A stretch of DNA of 64,000 bases from Azolla caroliniana (GCA_043228905.1 JBHGNT010000009.1:16554001-16618000), one strand, 5' to 3'; positions 24,748 to 39,264 are shown, numbered from the stretch's first letter. Notes: generated by a model from the letters alone, not told the origin. Made by a program: numbers and translations.

Positions 24748-26737
24748 TAGTTAGAATAGTGTGACCTAATCAAGTGACCGTTGGATCTCCAGCTACCTGT
24801 AGTAAATATAGGTTATATAAGCCATTATACATCTTGTAATCAAACGTTGTTTTTCCTAATCTACTGATTTTTCTTTAAGTCTTCATGGGATCTTGCTGTG
24901 TGGGAGTTAGTCTAAGATCCTACATTTTCTATAAATGATATCAGAGCAAGTTTAGGTTACTTTCTCTATCATATTGTTCCTAATATGCATACAAAAATCT
25001 TTCACGTTATCTCTTCCCTTCTAAGAAGATGTCGAACCTCTCCATCACAAGAACGGCACTTGGGAGTTATGTGATCTACCTAAAGGTCGAAAAGCAATTG
25101 CCACCAACCAGATTTATAAAGTCAAACGTGATGCAGATGGTAGCCTTGATTGTTTTAAAGCAAGACTTGTAGCAAAAAGTGTTCCCAAAAAGAAGGGATT
25201 GACTATGAAGAAACCGTCGCCCCCACTTCAAGGATGACTACAGTCAGAGTTACAGTTGCTGCAGACGCAAATAAAGGATGGAAGGTTCACCAATTGGACA
25301 TTAAGTCCGCCTTCTTAAATGGAGATTTAGAAGAAGAGGTTTATGTAACTCAACCTCCAAGTTTTTGTCATTAAAGGTGCAGAAACCAAAGTTTTCAGGT
25401 TACTTAAAGCTTTGTATGGCTTAAATGCAAAGATCCATGCTCATCTTCTGCAGCACGATTTTGGGAACTTCCCAACCGAAAGCACTCTATGTCCGAATGA
25501 TGGAGAAAAATTACTAACTGTTGTTCTTTATGTTGATGAGTTGATAATCACCGAACCTAATGAGCAAGAAATTGCAGATTGCAAAGCTGATCTAAGCAAG
25601 GTATTTGAACTTACAGATCTTGGGCATCTCAATTACTACCTGACCATTCAATTTAGTATTGTTGAGGGGGGCATTTGTTTGAGTCAACGAAAGTACATTG
25701 AGAAGCTCCTACAACAATTCAGGTTTGAAGAGTGCAAACCAATCTCTACTCCTGTAAAAGCAGGTTACAAATTCTCATATCAAGACAAAGGAGAATCAAC
25801 TGATGTACTCTTATACCAGCAAGCTGTAGGTTGTTCGATATTTTTGTGCAACAAGAGACCTGACATTCAATATGTAGTTTCACAATTAAGCAAGTTTATG
25901 CACAGCCCCAGAATAAAGCATTGGCAAGCAGCCAAGCAGGTTTTCCGTTACCTTTAAGGAACTATTGATTTCAGCCTCTTCTATGGAGATGGCAATTCAT
26001 TTACTTTAACAGCCTTCACTGGTAGTGATTGGGCCGGCTGCTATGGCAATTGTTTCATGATCGGCAATTCCTGTGTTTCCTGCCTCAACAAGAAGCAGCC
26101 AACAGTGGCAACATCAAGTTGTGAAGCTGAATATAGAGCAGCATTCAGTGCTACAATAGGGTGTGTGTGGCTCAGAAGATTATTTTCCAATTTGTCACTT
26201 GAGCAACCATCTCCTACTTGTATATGATAGTTAAAGTGCCTTGCTTATTGCAAGAAATTCCATATTCATTCACGAACAAAACACATTGAGTTGCACTCAT
26301 GAAAAGGCTCTATCAAGAGAAAAGTTCGAGTATTTTTGCAAGGAATTGGGCATTCTTCCAACACTTCGATAGTGACAACATTCAAGTTCACACCATTCAT
26401 GTTAGGGGAATTTGTTACACGTAATGTGTATCCTATGAAAGCTTTGGTGTGAAAGTAGTTAGAATAGTGTGAACCTAGTTAAGTAATTGTTGTGTGTGAA
26501 CATACTTAGAATGGTGTCAACCTAGTTAAGTATCTATTAGGTGTGAACATAGTTAGAATAATGTGAACCTAATTAAATGACCATTGGATCCCAGCTACCT
26601 GTAGATACTGGTTATATAAATCATTCCACATCTTTATAATCAAACGTTGTTTTTCCTAATCTACTAATTTTTTCTTAGTCTTCTAAGTGATCTTATTGTG
26701 TGAGAGTTAGTCTCAGATCCCTGCATTTTCTATAACA
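24748..26737 (+). mobile_element. Internally deleted copia retaining only RT-RNaseH
   Basis: Partial 5' LTR about 24748-24935 matches the 3' LTR 26413-26737; degenerate PBS tgatatcagagc; RT YVDE and RNaseH remnants; no gag, PR or IN. Confidence 0.8.
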
Positions 26738-26843
26738 AGCACTGTTTTTTGAAAAGGAATAACAAATGTTGAGTAAGAGATATGGAAATACTCTTTATTA
26801 TATCAGGATATGAATCTTATGAGTTTTTACATTTTACTGACAG

Positions 26844-26911
26844 ATTTGCTTGCACATGTTCTCACTTGACTTTTTGGTAGAGGTCACTGACTCCCTCGAG
26901 AGGAATAGCAT
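26844..26911 (+). CDS. UAP1: UAP exon
   Basis: Encodes ICLHMFSLDFLVEVTDSLERNS(I); the phase-2 donor at|gtcggt is required to join the next exon. Confidence 0.85.
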
Positions 26912-26979
26912 GTCGGTAATCATTCTCTTTCATACATTTTCCATATTCTTTTGATTTGTCAAGTACATCTTGCTGTTAA

Positions 26980-29210
26980 TGCTCTTGCTGTGTGAACTAC
27001 ATCACTGATGAAGTGATACTTGACATGTATGCGCTTCATATTTGCATGAAAGACAGGATTCTGTGCTGGCCTTATAGCACTCTGACTGTGACAATGAAGA
27101 GCAGGTAACTATGTAATACCAAGATCTCCAACCAGACACGAAATTCATAAAGCCTCCTTGTATGCCTCAGTAGCAGCCACATACTCTGTTTCTGTAGTAG
27201 ACAATGCAACATACTTCTGTAGTCTGGAGATAGAGGAGACTGCTCCTCGTGTTAATGTAAACATATAGCCAGAAGTGGACTTTCTGCAGTCTGCATAACC
27301 AATGTACCCTGCATCTATAAAGCCAATGAAAGATGCCTTCTGCTTCCCAAAGCAGATCCACAAATCCTTTGTGCCTTTGAGGTATTCCATAATGCCTTTC
27401 ACTGGTTTCCCAATGCTTTTTGCTAGGGTTTGCTATTGCTATGTACCTGCTAACCACTTCCTCTGGATGTGTAGCAACCATAGCATACATAAAACTGCCA
27501 ACAGCTAAAGCATATGAAAACGTGGCCATTTCAACCTTCTCATCATCAAATGTAGGCTTTTCTTCTGCACCGAGTTTCACATATGGGGCAATAGAACCCC
27601 AAATGTACAGCCTTCCCCTCTTCTATATTAAAACACTGCAAAATCTTGGAGATAGAATTGACCGATTTCTGAGTATTTGCATGCCTAGAATATGAATTGC
27701 TTCACATATGGGGCAATAGAACCCCAAATGTACAGCCTTCCCCTCTTCTATATTAAAACACTGCAAAATCTTGGAGATAGAATTGACCGATTTCTGAGTA
27801 TTTGCATGCCTAGAATATGAATTGCTTCACATATGGGGCAATAGAACCCCAAATGTACAGCCTTCCCCTCTTCTATATTAAAACACTGCAAAATCTTGGA
27901 GATAGAATTGACCGATTTCTGAGTATTTGCATGCCTAGAATATGAATTGCTTCACATATGGGGCAATAGAACCCCAAATGTACAGCCTTCCCCTCTTCTA
28001 TATTAAAACACTGCAAAATCTTGGAGATAGAATTGACCGATTTCTGAGTATTTGCATGCCTAGAATATGAATTGCTTCACATATGGGGCAATAGAACCCC
28101 AAATGTACAGCCTTCCCCTCTTCTATATTAAAACACTGCAAAATCTTGGAGATAGAATTGACCGATTTCTGAGTATTTGCATGCCTAGAATATGAATTGC
28201 ATCATCAAGATCCTTCATATCAAGGCTGCCATGAAGCTTCAGTGAATTGAACGCATGAGTATCCCTGCACGCAATCAGCATGACATCAACATACAAAACC
28301 AAGATAATCAGGTTGCCATCTACTGCCGTCTAGGTGTACAAGCAGTGATCCACTTGACGTCAGTAAAAACCTTGAGACTGCATACCCTTCTCTTGGTGCT
28401 AGTTTCAACACATTCAAACTCTTTTTGAGCTAACAGACCAGCTTCTCTTCTCCTTTTTCCACAAACCTTCAGGCTGCTACATATATGTCTTCACACAGAT
28501 CCCCATGTAAAAAAAGCAGGATTTATTTCCATCTGTATGAGCTCCATATCTTCAGCTACAATGAAGCCCAAAATGGATCTATTTAGTCATTTCAACTACA
28601 GGAGAGCTCTCATCAAAATCAATTCTATATTCCTCATATCCCCTTGCAAGCAATCTTGCTTTGTACCTTGTCGAGGAACTAGAAGTGACTTTCATCTTGT
28701 AAACCCATTTGCATGCAGGTGTTTTCTGCCCTTTAGGTTTAGGCAAATGCACCAAGTTCCAAGTGCCATTTTTTCAAGAGATTCCATCTCTAACAACAAG
28801 GTTTTATACCATTTCTTGCTGTCTTGTATGACTGTTGCTTCCTTGAAGTAAGAGAGCTCACCGCAATATGTCACAATGACATAATCAGCCACGTCATTTG
28901 CACAAGGAACAAATCTGTCAGGCTGTCTAGTGGCCCTAGACGATCTGCTAACTCAATGATCATTGTTTGCTGGATGTTGAGCTGACAAATTATCGTTTTT
29001 TAAATTGATGTTCCTTCACATTTGATGGCTCATCATTATAGGCGCTGGATGATCATTTTCTGCATTTGCAGATACATTTACAGCTGGCATATTTTGCTCT
29101 CCAAAAGGTATTTCTTCTCAAAATACAACCCTACAAACTTCATCAGTCTTTATGGGCTGTTTATGCATGCAAATTTCCTGGTAGATGATATAATTGCTGT
29201 GTTCTGGGTG
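26980..29210 (-). mobile_element. Decayed copia RT-RNaseH fragment
   Basis: KSTSGYMFT, VALSTTETEY and RIHVKYHFI on the - strand; many stops; ends approximate. Confidence 0.75.
27576..28200. repeat. Five identical tandem copies of a 125-bp unit
   Basis: Units start at 27576, 27701, 27826, 27951 and 28076; no mismatches seen. Confidence 0.95.
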
Positions 29211-30673
29211 CCTTGTGCAAGCAATGACATTAGGGGACAATACAAGCTTCTTAGACTCCAACTAAAAACAACTATTTAGAACTTTTATTCTTTCTATGAA
29301 TTTACACCAAAATAGATTTCCCTTCTTCCTTCCTTCTACCAAGACTCTTCTCACTTTTTAGACCTTCTATTTTTCCTCCTTCAAATTGTGAAGAATACCC
29401 ACCTATATATAGGTTTTTTTTATCCTCAACTATATGTGAGGCGTTTTTTTTATATCACTATTTCTACTCTTAATCCCAAGTTTGTCATACAAGATATTTT
29501 TGGAAAGCTCTCGTTGTCATCTTTTTGATGAATCTTTGTTAAGAAGTCTGGATATTGAATGAAGAAGTTATCAGCTTTTTTCTTTACCTAAATCTTCATA
29601 TACATGTCTTGCTTTTTTCTGCTATTTTTACTTTGGAAAACACCGCTAACTTTATATCCCTTAAGGTTCCTTTCCTCCTTTAATATTTAATCCTCCGATA
29701 TCGCGCTTTATTCTTAGACATCTTAACATTTAACAAATTTGCAACAATCTTTTCTTATGAACAAAAACTGACTTCACAGTAAGGTTTAGAGAAGGCTTAT
29801 GATCATTCATAAAAAAACCTATAGATCTTCTCTGAAGAACTCAAGGAAGTGATGGTGCTATCAACTCCCTGTAAATCGCTAGATAATGATCAATTCACTT
29901 ATTTAATTAGAACTCACAATAAAAGCATATTATGAGCTCTCAAAGTTTTAAGAAATGGTCAACTAAGAAAGCTCATAATACCTCCCATTGAACATAGTTA
30001 CAATTCCAGTTTGCCTGTCAGATTTGGAATCTGTTCTTATTTGCTGTTGTAATTACTTCTCTTCAATGCTTTCTAGTTCTCTTGGTTGATGCTTTTCTTT
30101 TGCATATGATTATATAAGGAGCCTGATTTTTTTAAAGTTCACAAATGCTTCTATTGACCATGCCTACTAGGAGCAACAAATCCAATAGAAGCTCTCAACG
30201 AACTTTCACCTTGCAGAAAAGTTACACCCACTCCTAAAAGCAGATATTTTGGATCCAGAAATTGCTGTCATTAATATTAAGGAAAAAACTAATATTATTG
30301 TTGATGAAAAGCCAAAGCATATCTACAAGTTTATAAAATTGATGCAATTTTATAAATAGTCAACTAACTAATTAAGAGCTAAAATTGAGATGCTACCTCA
30401 GTGTAGCCTTCATAGGGTATTCTAAAAAAGAAAGGCTACCATATTGTGGCCTACGACCACTATGAGAAGGAATGCTGGCATTTCTTATTATGAGATAGTC
30501 ATGTTGTGGTCATTTTATTTACTAATGTATGTTTGAGATGCTTACTTTATTTAGTGATTTTATGGCTGTTTTGCATGACGGTGCTATAGGTCTAATGAGG
30601 GAATTTTTCAGATGCAGCTTTTTTTTTTTAAAGTTTTAGGTTACTTAAACTTACATCCTCGGCATTGTCTTAG

Positions 30674-30788
30674 TTACCACATTGCTGAGAAGAAGATACC
30701 TTCGGTTGAAGGCATGATTGATGGCATAAAGCTCGAACAATTCATTTTCGATGCATTTCCACATGCACCGACGTTATCACTGTTCGAG
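30674..30788 (+). CDS. UAP1: UAP exon
   Basis: Encodes YHIAEKKIPSVEGMIDGIKLEQFIFDAFPHAPTLSLFE (KLEQFIFD motif). Confidence 0.95.
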
Positions 30789-30886
30789 GTTTGGTGTTAA
30801 AATTAAACCGTCAAACAATTGGTTAATGAGCAGAACTTCGATGGACATTATACTTAATAATATTTGGAATTTCCAAATATTCACAG

Positions 30887-31043
30887 GTTGTGAGAGAAGA
30901 AGAATTTGCACCTGTAAAGAATGCAACTGGCGCTGCAGTGGATACACCTGACACAGCTCGGCTTCTGCTACTAAATCTACATACACGTTGGGTTGTTGCG
31001 GCCGGTGGTTTTGTCACACACTCGGTACCTTTACAGCTCACCG
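30887..31043 (+). CDS. UAP1: UAP exon
   Basis: Encodes VVREEEFAPVKNATGAAVDTPDTARLLLLNLHTRWVVAAGGFVTHSVPLQLT(G). Confidence 0.95.
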
Positions 31044-31316
31044 GTATGATATAACAAATTAACGAACCAATTCCTCTTCCCGCAAAAATAAAAAACAATT
31101 TGGAAGAGGTTTGCATGCAAGGGGAAGAAAAATGGCTACGTTTATCAAGATTCTTGGAAACACACTTTCAGCTATCCAAGCATTAAGCCAATGTTGCAGA
31201 AGTTTGGTTACTGTTAGGATTTCACAAGAAATTAATCAGCCAGTTTTCTTTGCTTGTGAATGTGAGGGGAAAGACAATTTTATTAAGTGACTTTGGAAAT
31301 ATTGTGATGCCTGCAG

Positions 31317-31414
31317 GAATAGAAGTTTCGCCTCTTCGTTCGTATGCCGGTGAAAACTTGGATGATGTGTGTCGTGGTCGGACATTTCATGCGCCTTGTG
31401 AAATCCGAGATTAG
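31317..31414 (+). CDS. UAP1: UAP last coding exon
   Basis: Encodes (G)IEVSPLRSYAGENLDDVCRGRTFHAPCEIRD*; TAG at 31412-31414; matches the plant UAP C-terminus. Confidence 0.95.
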
Positions 31415-32599
31415 GTATCTAACAAAGTTTACCTTAAGAAAATTTTCCTTAATTGATATGTGTGTGTATGTATACATTTTACGTATCTAACCAAGTTTGT
31501 CTTAAGAACCTTGCTTCTTGAATTCATGCACAGCTCTACAATATGATTGTCCTTAATAGATATATATATGTGTATGTATACATGTACATATAAATAAGGA
31601 AGGTTTCAAATGTAACATTGCATTCAATCATTAAGTTTCTAAATATCTGTTATGGACCTACCCTCAAAGCTATGCTTTGCATTAGTTTAACTTCATTGAT
31701 AAATAGTTTTGTTCTCGCAGGTAATGCAGCCAAATTTCTTTGGCTTCACATTTTCCTTTTCCTATTATTTTTTCATGTGCCATCAGTTATTATTGAAAAC
31801 CCTTCCATTCTATATTGATGTAAAACTATTAAGTAACAGTAAATGGTTGTCGCCATAAATGGACTAAAATGTTTTCTGCATGGCACATTAATTGTGTGTT
31901 AATTATAGAAAGATTTTCCAACAGATTTGACATCCAACTTAAATTAATTTATGATAGAAGAGCAAAATGCAAAGCATATTTTCTCACCAAAATCAGTGAT
32001 AGGCCCTGCTGACTTGAAAATATTTGTCATGGTGAAGATTTGTTTAATGTTAAAATAGAGATCGCTAGAAACATTAGTTTCAAAGTATTTTTTAAGTATA
32101 TCTGTTAGTTGTGATCACTTCGGTGTTAGGAGATTGGTGCTTTATGAGGCAAATTTGGCATGATAGTGCTTCTAAACAACTATTTATAAAACCTTATAGT
32201 AAATGCAATCCCTGACAAAATAGTGATGCATCTTTTTAATGGATATGATCTCATTGTGAACCTTTGGAAACATGATATGAGACTTAGCTGCATATAAAAA
32301 GTATTCATGAGTGGAATCTACATTCCAAGTCTTTTCTGGTCGGCCATGTTAGATGTTCAATAAACTGACTTGAAACAAACTTCTGTTTGTGAGGGTTCTG
32401 CTTTGGATGACAATTTCTGATGTAAGAAATGTTCTTCCAATTTTTTGAAGCCCATTTGTTTGCTATCTCACTGTGATGTGATGGACTAGTTGTTTGTGGA
32501 CATATTGAGATGAACAAGTTATGATAAAAGGCTTTGTCTTTTATCACATTTGACTCAAAGCCTTTTATATCATTATGATAAAAGGCCTAGGATGTCAAA

Positions 32600-34743
32600 G
32601 TAGTAATTAATCTAATTAGATGCGATGCTAGTGGATTAAGCTAATAAATTGTCCTTTTGAGCATGCATACCTGAAACGGATGGAGAATAGAGAGTAAACA
32701 GACATCAAACTTTAGTTTGATAGAATCTGTTGTTCGAATAACCCTTTTTAATAATGGTGCACAACTTTAGTTCATCAGTTGTTCGAGTAACCCTCTTTAA
32801 TAATGGTGTACAACTTTAGTTCATCAGTTGAATAGCCCTATGAAAAAGTTTAAATTGCAGGATTGATACACCTCAACAAAATAGTGTTATGGAATAAAAG
32901 AATGGAACTTTACTCGATGTGGCTCCAAGAATTATAAAATTTGCAAAATTACCACCAAAGTTTTGAGAAGAAGGAACATGCTACATCCAAAAGCAACAAT
33001 TCCATTCAGCTCTAGAATGGTAAAAAACCTAATCTGAATAATCTTCAAATTTTTATATATGATGCTAATGATTTTCTTCCGTGTATTAATTGAAACAGAT
33101 TAGATACATTTTACTTCCTATGGAGAAAAACCTCACCTATAAATCATACAACGTAAACAATCTTCAAACACATCAAATGTTCTCCAATCATAGTGTCATA
33201 TTCCAAGATGGCTTACTATACATTTCTACAAGCATCTTCAATTTCAAAAAGAACTCAATGAAAATATGAATTTAGTGGAAATATCATATCAATCAGTTTT
33301 CCTAACATTTTCACCCTAACATGTTCAAGGAAACTACTTCATCAAATTACATTACAAAATATTCAAAGGCTACTTCTATTCCTACTCCACATCCTCATTG
33401 ACAGTACTAGCAACACTATATCCTTTACCTCCATGCCTATTGCTCCAAATCAAGCTTTCTCATCATCATCCATAAGTTCCACTCCAACTAAGTATTGACC
33501 TCTAAATAGCATATATGAACAACTTGATCAAATGGAAGCACATTTTGTGGGCTTGGACTCAGAATCTTATATACATGAAGAGATGCTCTAACCCTTAGGC
33601 AATGACATAAATCTATCAATCAAAGATGCACTTTTAGGAAAAAGGCTATAATAAAAAATGGTACTTGGATGTAGTCGAGTCTCTGAAGGATCACCACATA
33701 ATTGGCTCTAAATGAGTCTTATGCATCAAATGAGATATTCACAGTAATCCAAACCACTTTAAGATTTGTGTTATTGTTAGAGGCATTTCACAAGTTCTAG
33801 GTATCGATTTTCAAGTTGCTTTTAGTCTTACACTGAAGATACGTGGTTTTTCAATGCTCATCATTCAACATGACCTACAATTGCACCACTTGGATGTAGA
33901 AACCAACTTTCGTCATTGAGATTTGGATGAAGAATGTTACCTGCAAAAACTAATTTTTTTTGAAGATCCAAATCATCTGAAGTTTGTACATTGAGGTTGT
34001 AAATCAATTTGAGGCCTTAATCAATATCCATGCATATAGTATCACAAACCTCATTCCTTTCTTATTAAGGTTGTATTTCATCGTTTTAACAATGAACCAA
34101 ATATTTAACTTGGTTATCATTTGTGTCTAAATCCTATTTAACTCTCACAAAGAAGGAACTTGCATTTGTTTTTCCAATCATTGATGTAGGTCCTACAACA
34201 CATTTTATTGGCATCCAAATAATTCAAAATAGATGAAATCGTATCATCTCTCTATCACAAGCTGAATATATTACCACCATCCTTCAAATATTTGATATGT
34301 TCCATGATAATGCCATTAGTACTCCTCTTACCACTCCTTATAAATGCACCAATGCTAATACATGTTTCTAGATATATTTAGATATCTAGTTAGTTGCCCA
34401 CGTCCATATATTTGTTTTGTTATTCACTTTCTTTCTTGTTGCATGGCTAATCTAGGACCGAAGCATTGGACCTCCACCAAAATGTTACTACCATATTTGA
34501 AGTATACAACACTATGCATCGACTTATTGCACACAATTCGAGTCAACCAAACTTGTGCAAGAATAGACATACTCGTCTAGTCAACTAACTAGTTGGATTG
34601 ACTCTAATTAGAGGGAGATGTGGATGACTGCAAAGCAATAGCTGCCTATGTCTACACACTAGTTAGTGTTGCTATTTGTCGGAAGTCAAAGAAGCAATCT
34701 TAGAAGACAAATATGTGGCCGCAACTCTAACAGCTAAAGAAGG
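32600..34743 (+). mobile_element. Heavily decayed copia IN/RT/RNaseH remnant
   Basis: Fragments HHLDVETNFRH, CRKSKKQS and YVAATLTAKEG; cut at 34744 by another LTR; start uncertain. Confidence 0.55.
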
Positions 34744-35777
34744 TGATGTGAATGAGGTCCGAAACAACAAGCAGACTAATGAAAAACATAGCACTGTTAT
34801 GAACTCATGCATAACATGAGTTATGCTATACTTATCTTAGTCTTAAACTCTAGTTAAGAAGACTTCATGATGTAAATAGTATGCATGCATCTCATCATCT
34901 TGTGAGTCATAAAACTTATGTATCTCAATCATATTGAGGATATAGAGATGAGCATAGCCTATGAGTTCTATCTAGATATTGTATTGTGATCTTGATTAAT
35001 ATCTAATCACTCTTTGATCTTACTTAATTACTCTATTCTATAACACGTTATCAACATGATTAGCCTCTACCATAGTAATTAATTATTCTCTTATATAAAT
35101 CTACCTTATTGTTACCATTAGCATGACTTCTCAAGCTCTACAAATAAAGAAATGCTTATTCCTGCCACTTGCCTTGGATGGGTCCAATTATATGACTTGG
35201 ATGGTTCATGTCGAAGGCCATCTCACGGCGAAAGATATCCTTCATACGATAAGTGATCATTTTAATGGTGCAGAGAACTCAAATACTAGGATGAAGGGAG
35301 CAGAAGCATTCATATTCATCCTTCATCACCTTGATCTAAGCCTTCAAAATCAATACTTCTCCATCAAGAATCCATCAACTCTCTGGAAGCAATTCAAAGC
35401 CCGCTTTGATCATCAACGAAGTGTTCTTGGCCCCAACACTTTGCATGAATGGAATCAACTTCGTTTTCAAGATTTCAAGAAAGTTGTTGAATATCACTAT
35501 TTGGTATCGTTTCTAAACTTAAAATTTGCGGTCATGAAAACCTTGTTCAAGAGGTGAATCTAATCAACAAAACGTTAAGTACTTTTCATTCCTCAAATTT
35601 TAATTTTGTCATTGAACTTTTATGCAAATTTTAATCTTTTAAAACATATGCTAAACTTTTATCTACACTTCTTACTGTTGAGCAACACCACCAAGTTCTC
35701 CTCAAGAACGACAAAATTCATCCAGTTAGTCAACATGTGGCTCCTCTACAATTCAAGGATTTGTCACATGTCGAGAG

Positions 35778-36350
35778 CATAGTTCCTAATATTCGCGTAC
35801 GTCCAATTTACTGGACGTACACGAACGTTTGCAAACGTACGCGTATGATACGCGATATTCGTTTGGTTTTTTTTTTTTTTTTGACTTTTTTTTGGTTTTT
35901 TTAATTTTTGATATTCATAATATTTTGTGAATAGAAGTGACATCTGACACACATACACACACACTCTCTCTCTCTCACACGAGAACTGACATATTTTCTC
36001 TCTCTACAAAATCTAGATATCTAATATACATATTACATACTCCCTCACACAGACAAAACCCATAGCTCCTCTCTCTCTCTCTCTCTAGAGTCTAGATATA
36101 CACTCAATCACTGTCTCCTCACACATGCAAAAGAGGGCTTCTCTCTCTAGACCACACACGCTCTCTCTCTCTCTCTCTCTCCCCCTCACACACACACACA
36201 CTATGTACACCATATACACCATATGTATATATAATATATCTATGTACCGCGTATGGATTTCAATCATACTTGGAGCCTTTTCAACCATATGTATGATACG
36301 AATATTGGCGTTTGAGTATGACACGAATGAGACGTATGGCTAGAACTATG
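35778..36350. mobile_element. hAT-type MITE, family 2, in the gag of element G
   Basis: TIRs catagttc / gaactatg; perfect 8-bp TSD GTCGAGAG; CT and CA microsatellites inside. Confidence 0.9.
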
Positions 36351-38934
36351 GTCGAGAGTAATTATTCTAGACGACAACATCGTCATCAACACCCATATGC
36401 ACAGAATCGAGGAAGAGGAAGAGGAGGAAGAAATCAACAAAGGAAACAATATCCTACAAGTAATCAAGTCAAGCAAATGCATCATTAATCAAAGTCAAGT
36501 CAAGATAAGCCTTCATCAAATTCATGTCTTCGATGTAGTTTACGAGGGCATTGGGCAAATACTTGCTGAATTTCTAAGTTTCATGTTGATCTTTACCAAA
36601 AGTATGGGAAGCAAGATCAAGATAGGAAATTGGAGGCTAATACAAAAACATCAACGATCTCACCATCAATTCCAATATTGGAATATAGTTTTATGGATCA
36701 ACCTTTGGAATTTGAGCCCGAAGCTAACATGATTGAAGCCCATATGATTTATTTGCATACAAGTAATTTTATTTGTCTTATTGATTGTGCATACCTTGCT
36801 GAGAAATCTTCTTGCATTTGTAGATGTGTGACACGATGGATACCACCTCATGACATCGGAGCAAGATGGGAAAAAGACAATGCCAGTTGTCAAGCACCTG
36901 TCAAATACTACCCAAGTTATTGATGAGTTAGAAGTCTTACCAAATCAATTGTATTGTTTAAACCTTAAAGCCCCGAAGATCCGCATGGCTTCATTTGCCC
37001 ACTACTCCAAATATTTATTCGAATGTCAATACCGATATAATGGATCTTTGGCATGATAGACTAGGTCATCTTGGCCATACAATGATTAAGAGAATGATCA
37101 ATAATGTTCAAGATCTACCTTTAAAGTTGGAATACTTGAATCGAGTTAAAACTTGTTTTTGTGTTCCATGCACACAAGGAAAGTTGGTGATTCGTCATTC
37201 CTTGCACAAGGAACCGTATGAGTCACCAAATTTTTTGGAGTGCATACATGGTGATATCCATGGTGATATCCATGGACCAGTGCACCCTCCTTTTGGACCA
37301 TTTTATTACTTCACGGGAGTTAAAGATGCTTCATCACATTTTTCTCACGTCACACTTCTTTCTACTCGCAATATGGCGTTGCCTCGACTCCTCATCCTTA
37401 TCATCAAGTTGCGCGCTCAATTTCCAGATTTTCCAATTAAGTCGATTCGGATGGACAACGCTGTCGAGTTTACGTCAACAACCTTTATTCGCTATTGCGA
37501 ATCTATCGGTATTAATTTTGAAGTTTCAACTCCTCATGTTCACACTCAAAATGGTATGGCTGAATATTTGATTAAACAAATTCAAGTAATTGTGCGGCCA
37601 ATTCTTCTCAAATCAAATTTGCCTAGTTCAACATAGGGACATGCAATACTTCATGGATCGCAACTTCTCCGACTACGGCCATCGTCATATCATGTTTACT
37701 CTCCCCATCAACTCATGACAGGTTTTCCACCTTCTGTTTCTCATTTACGAGTATTGGTTGTGTAGTTTATGTTCCTATTTCTCCACATTACCGTAGGAAA
37801 CTTGGTCCTCAACGTCGTCTCGGAATTTATGTGGGATTCAACTCTCCTTCAATCATCCGCTATCTCGAACCTACAATTGGCGATTTATTTACAACTCGCT
37901 TTGCCGATTGCCAATTTGATGAATCAACTTTCCTGATTTTAGGGCAAGATATCTGGAAAAGAGAAACATTAGGAAAGATTGATCAAAGTCTAATGTTTAA
38001 TTGGCCCAAGGATAAACCAGTGCCACCAGATCCTTATACTAGAGAGGTGGAGAAAGAAGTTCAACGAATATTACATCTACAAAGTATTACCAACAATGCA
38101 CCAGATGCTTTTGTTGACACTTTCAATATGAAGGTCTCCGACATTAATCCTGCTATGAATGTGCCTGCTCGAATTGGTGAATCACGGCACATGTTGTAGA
38201 ATCTCAAAGGAAGCGTGGATGGCCTATTGGAGCAAAGGATAAACAATTAAGAAAGTGAAAACCAACAACTGAGGCTGAAATTGAAGTTCCTATATTATCA
38301 AATAGGATAATTAGTGAAGAGTCTCCAATTGCTAATTATACTAATTCTAAGTTAATAACATGACAAGAGGTTAATTATATCTTCATTTTCTATGTCGCAA
38401 CAACTTTTGTGAATGAATCTGATCCTCAAACTATTCAAGAAGCAAAAGCATCCCCTTTTTGGGATAAGTGGAAAGAAGCTATTCAAGCTGAGCTAAATAG
38501 TCTTCTCAAACAAGGAGTTTTTGGTAAAATTCAAGAGACGCCTATTGGTCATACACCTGTTGGCTATCGTTGGGTTTTTGTGCGGAAGCATAATGATAAA
38601 GGAGAAGTTATCCGTTATAAGGCAAGGTTTGTTGCTCAAGGTTTCATGCAACGATTTGGTATTGATTATACTGATACATATTCTCCGGTTATGGATGCAA
38701 CAAGTTTTCGTTGGTTGATTCATTTCACTATTCAACGAAGTCTTCATATGCATCTCATGGATGTGGTTACAACCTATCTTTATGGTGATTTGGATAAAGA
38801 TATATTGTCAGGAACTCTATTAAGGCAGAGAAGGAATTAGTACTAAAAGAAGGATTAGTACTATTTTCGGGGAATAGTACTAAGACAGAGAAGGATTAGT
38901 ACTATGAGAGGTGTCGAACTTTGAGAGAAGGAAT

Positions 38935-38982
<48 letters not shown>

Positions 38983-39264
38983 TGATGCGAAAGATATATG
39001 TATTATATGAAGGAAGATATACAACAGTAGTTAGAAGGCTTAAGACTGGCGTTGAACCGATTTGGTTCGAACTAATGCCTTGCGCCTCCTTTTATAGTGT
39101 CTTCAGGAATACTCCTGAAGTTTCTAGAATGTTCCAGAGAAATCTGGAATATACATCAATTTCCCAATAAAACCTAAATGAAAATAATATCCTTCAAATT
39201 ACAATTCATAACCTAATGGTAAAGTCTCGACCCGTGTAACAAAAGGTTATGGGTTCGAGTCTAG

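Noticed and set aside
27576-28200. CRISPR-like array
   Set aside because: Direct tandem units with no unique spacers; derived from copia RT; eukaryotic context
29214-29735. Possible solo LTR (TG...CA)
   Set aside because: No TSD or second copy in the window
31415-31720. Possible 3' UTR intron starting right after the stop (tag|gtatct ... ctcgcag|)
   Set aside because: Plausible splice dinucleotides only; cannot be supported without transcripts
38937-39170. RE-repeat ORFs (also 44239-44478) and other short ORFs in the track
   Set aside because: Translations of GA or CA microsatellites, or antisense shadows of TE coding regions
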